A DNA stretch of 62,835 bases, the filler included, from Deltaproteobacteria bacterium (GTDB lineage: Bacteria; JAEEML01), in the NCBI GenBank assembly GCA_016283195.1. It is 7 parts of 7 records of this genome, joined end to end, with 100 filler letters (N's around TTAATTAATTAA, not from the genome) between each part and the next. Parts side by side here need not be neighbours in the genome. Positions count along the whole stretch, not along the records: positions 58,624 to 62,835 come from JAEEML010000048.1; 6 more parts are not named here. One strand, written 5' to 3'. Position numbers and translations under genes: made by a program. This document shows positions 59,829-62,835 of the stretch, piece by piece. The notes under the pieces were generated by a model. That model ran no database searches. It saw only the letters and a list, made by a program, of their open reading frames with translations, and was not told where the DNA came from. Position 1 is the first letter of the stretch. Every line of letters starts with the position of its first letter.

Positions 59829-60322
59829 TAGTTATTTCCGATACCACACCGATTATCTCGCTTCTTAAGATCAACCGCCTGGATTTATTGAAAAAACTTT
59901 TTGGTTCAGTACAAATTCCCCGTGGAGTATTTGCCGAATTAACAGACAACGAACGCTATAGTAAAGAAGCAGATGTTGTAAAACAGAGTGAATTTATTAA
60001 AATTGTTGATGAAATCGATGATAATTATGTTACTCTCATCCGCCGCTCTACCGGCCTTGACTTAGGAGAAAGCCAAGCTATATACCTTTCCGACAACAAT
60101 AAGGCAGACTTGCTTTTAATGGATGAATTGCGTGGTCGGGAAGTGGCACGGCTCATGGGAATCAGAATTATGGGAACAATCGGTGTTTTAGGATTAGCTT
60201 ATCAGGAGACCCTGCTAGCGAGGGAAGAAATAGAAGAGGCAATAAGAATCTTACGCGGTCATGGACGCCATATAAGTGACCATTTGTATAATCAACTTAT
60301 TACGATGATTAATCAAAAATAA
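59825..60322 (+). CDS. DUF3368 PIN-domain protein, putative toxin
   Basis: IVISDTTPII, LDLGESQAI, LLMDELRGR, GTIGVL. Confidence 0.9.
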   Translation: MIVISDTTPIISLLKINRLDLLKKLFGSVQIPRGVFAELTDNERYSKEADVVKQSEFIKIVDEIDDNYVTLIRRSTGLDLGESQAIYLSDNNKADLLLMDELRGREVARLMGIRIMGTIGVLGLAYQETLLAREEIEEAIRILRGHGRHISDHLYNQLITMINQK

Positions 60323-60590
60323 GCATCGCCATATCTTCATTTGCAATACTGGGCACTTCGATAATTCCGATCCCTACTTGACTGAGCGCGTTCGTTAAAT
60401 GGTAGTTAACGTGGCAATTTTTGCAATTTTAGCAATTTCTGTCACCTTAACGGCCAGTTTTTTCATGTGGTAATAGAAATTACTGCACTCATAAGCGGCA
60501 CTTTTTAGAAGCCTAAAAACAGATAAGCTGATAGCGCTTTGGGTGGGGGATGTTGCCGCCGCAAGCTGTGTGCCTATTTGCTTAGTCTTC

Positions 60591-61103
60591 TTACAGCCCA
60601 CTCGCTAGCTTGCGCACTTCTTCCAACTTGGCGGGCGCTTTATTTTCATCCCCATTAGCGGTGATAATACCGGCGACTGCGATTCCGGCATAATCCATGT
60701 AGTCTTTAAACTGGGCAATAGCTCCATCATATACCCCCGGCGAGGCGGAGCTTAGTAGCAGGGCAGCTTTTTTAGCTTTGAGGGGTTTACCGATACAATA
60801 GACGCGTTGAATGGCCGCTTCCATTTGTACTGTCATGGTAAAATAATAAACCGGGGAGGCAAAAACAATCATATCAGCTTCTTTGTAAGCCGGCAAAATC
60901 TTTTCAAAATCGTCGTGTTGGACGCATTGCCCGGCGCCCTTATTGTGGCAATATTCGCAGCCTAGGCAACCGGCAATCTTCATGCGGCCAACATGGAATG
61001 TTTCAACTTCGTGGCCGGCGGCTTTGGCCCCCGCGCAAAAGGCTTCGACCAGGGCAGCGGTGTTTTCCTTTCTTGGGCTTCCGTTAAAAACAGCGATTTT
61101 CAT
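60591..61103 (-). CDS. Flavodoxin family protein (iron-sulfur flavoprotein-like)
   Basis: NGSPRKENT, CLGCEYC...C, FASPVYY. Confidence 0.92.
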   Translation of the reverse strand: MKIAVFNGSPRKENTAALVEAFCAGAKAAGHEVETFHVGRMKIAGCLGCEYCHNKGAGQCVQHDDFEKILPAYKEADMIVFASPVYYFTMTVQMEAAIQRVYCIGKPLKAKKAALLLSSASPGVYDGAIAQFKDYMDYAGIAVAGIITANGDENKAPAKLEEVRKLASGL

Positions 61104-61297
61104 GATTTCCTCCTCCTAGCTTAAAGAGCTTTATTTATGGGCAGATGCGCTATGTGTGCACAGAGCCGATAAGTAAAGCGCTTAACAGCTAAGGGCCCCT
61201 AAAGCAAGCAGAATTTCGCAAATGCTGCACCGGATACAATGAGAAAGAGGGCGACAACTTAGAGGTGAGTTATTAAATGGGATATGGTTAAGCCACC

Positions 61298-61996
61298 CTA
61301 GTCTTTAATGCAGCGAACCGAGCGGCCGCCCTTCTTATTGTCGTAGTGCACAAACGCAGTGTTTTTATACACGTACAGGCTGTTCGCATTGGAATCATCG
61401 GTTTCCGTACTGGACCAGAATTCGGTGAACGATCCGAGATCGTTGTAGTTGCTGGAGGTGGAGGAGTAGTAGCCGGCGGGGCAGATTTTCATGGCATCTT
61501 CCTAATTATATAGGCAGCCATATTTTTCCACAAAATCTGTATCAGCATCGGTATTGGCATGGCAGGTGAGTGAGCTACCGTCATAACCGGTGGTGCCATA
61601 CATATTGTTAGCTGTCCAGGTGGAGCCATCAATAATGACTAATCCGATGTCGCAATTCGGGCCAATTTTTTCATTTAGGCACTCATCGCAGTTTTCGCCG
61701 CCCTTTAATGGGCTTTGGCAGGCATCTTTTTTGCAATGGCCAGTACTAGGATCTAGCTCGCCGTGTTTAGAGTTACATGTAATGGGAATATCGCAGTCAT
61801 CACCCACAAAATTATCCTCGCAGATGCAGCCTAGGCCATCTATGCCGTCAAGGCAAAAGTGCTGGCCGTCATCTTCACAAGCGCACTCATTTTGGCAATT
61901 TAGGCCAAAGAAGCCCGGCTTACAGTTTGTATCTGGGGCTTTATCGGTTTTAGCGTCCAGGCCTTTATCGGTGACGGTATCTCCCAGGCACCCACC
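61298..61996 (-). pseudogene. EGF-like Cys-rich + FISUMP domain gene, degraded (no signal peptide, TGG>TAG, internal deletion)
   Basis: CKPGFFGLNC EGF-like repeats, IDGSTWTANNM, YGCLYN*EDAMKICPAGYY...FWSST...SVRCIKD. In-frame TAG at 61502-61504. Confidence 0.8.
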
Positions 61997-62007
61997 TTTC
62001 CTTCGGC

Positions 62008-62125
62008 TCCGACTTAAGGGAATGCGTTCCCTTAAGAATCCCCGCAAGGTGCCCGTTTTCCATGCACTGGGTAAAATTTCTGCATTGCCGTTAAATGGAG
62101 CTCCTCCCTCTCTGGGGAAGGAGCG
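62008..62125. repeat. Hairpin-rich REP/MITE-like element
   Basis: Perfect inverted repeat CTTAAGGGAA-TGCG-TTCCCTTAAG and a second imperfect hairpin GCTCCTCCC..GGGGAAGGAGC. Confidence 0.5.
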
Positions 62126-62223
62126 ATTTTCAAAACAAACCAATAAGTTAGGAGGAGAGGTCCGCTTAGCCGGGGCTGCCGCCCAGCCGCCCTGCTAGAG
62201 CTCGGTGGTACTATTCAGAGTGC

Positions 62224-62835
62224 TTATTCTGCCTTGTAATACTTGCTAAGAGTGGGGAATTTATCGGGATTTTCCAGCACTGTTTTTTCAAACATGGTGA
62301 AATAATCCTCATTGGAGGTATTCGCGCTGATTTCCTGCATTTTGGCCAGCGCTTGATCTCTTAGTTCACTGGCATGTTCCAGCTCTTCCCCGGTGGCATT
62401 GGGATTACCAAAAATGGCATTGGCCTGATCCAAAATGTCATAAGCCTCTTTCAGCGGATCGCACATATCATTTAAGAGCTTGGCTTCGGCGATAAAGGCT
62501 TCGCGCACATCGTTATCAGGGTTATATTTTACATCGCCCTGCTGCAGGCCGTCGCGGCCAAAGGGGAGCCTGCTGCGGTCAAAGCCCACGCTGCCGGTGA
62601 CGCGCACAATGTCTATGGAATCGCAGGAGTGCAAAATCATGGCTTCCGCGCTGTCTATCGGCAATTTACCATTGATAAAGGAGGCGATTTTATCAATATA
62701 GGCTTCATCGGTAATGCCCTGAGCTCTAAGGTGCTCTTTGAGCTTTTCGCCGCTTCGGCCTTCATAGACATCGGGGCCGTTTTGCAAGCGCCCGGCATCG
62801 TGCAGGGCAATGGCGCGGATTAAGCCGTAGCGATC
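62224..62835 (-). CDS. HD-domain protein resembling Lem10/SidE-PDE type domains; 5' end outside the window
   Basis: Frame open to the window edge: DRYGLIRAIALHDAGRLQNGPDVYEGRS...ILHSCDSIDIVRV...FDRSRLPF. Confidence 0.7.
   Translation of the reverse strand, partial: DRYGLIRAIALHDAGRLQNGPDVYEGRSGEKLKEHLRAQGITDEAYIDKIASFINGKLPIDSAEAMILHSCDSIDIVRVTGSVGFDRSRLPFGRDGLQQGDVKYNPDNDVREAFIAEAKLLNDMCDPLKEAYDILDQANAIFGNPNATGEELEHASELRDQALAKMQEISANTSNEDYFTMFEKTVLENPDKFPTLSKYYKAE

Noticed and set aside
60412-60440. Three tandem GCAATTT-based 9-mers and the 68-aa ORF 60395-60601
   Set aside because: Short, imperfect and AT-rich, with no supporting context or protein features.

Overview
This window is not one locus. 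It is seven contigs joined by artificial N-TTAATTAATTAA-N linkers: 1-16914, 17015-31619, 31720-36926, 37027-45476, 45577-51188, 51289-58523 and 58624-62835. Adjacency across the linkers means nothing. The gene content suggests a moderate-GC Myxococcota-like deltaproteobacterium (MYXO-CTERM-like sorting tails, a CglD-like giant Cys-rich vWA lipoprotein). It also carries families common in gut or rumen anaerobes (FISUMP, AAA-ATPase/PD-(D/E)XK, type III Res). Housekeeping genes include leuS, hisS, mazG, sbcCD, topA, a PBP1A, dxs, xseB, three tRNAs and a 5S rRNA fragment. The most interesting signals are: (1) an identical bipartite promoter-like motif, TAGCAACTT-N13-GCGATAATA, 34-36 nt upstream of two orphan effector-like genes on different contigs, suggesting an alternative-sigma regulon of secreted proteins; (2) a FISUMP C-type-lectin-fold pseudogene whose 3' end looks like a DGR variable region, with no reverse transcriptase in the window; (3) a vertebrate-type protein-arginine deiminase lipoprotein translationally coupled to dxs and to a secreted HEAT-like protein; (4) two mosaic copies of a Cys-rich MYXO-CTERM surface gene; (5) a YcaO gene coupled to an antiporter; (6) an HD-domain protein resembling Legionella Lem10/SidE-PDE. 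All family calls come from motif recognition, not database searches.
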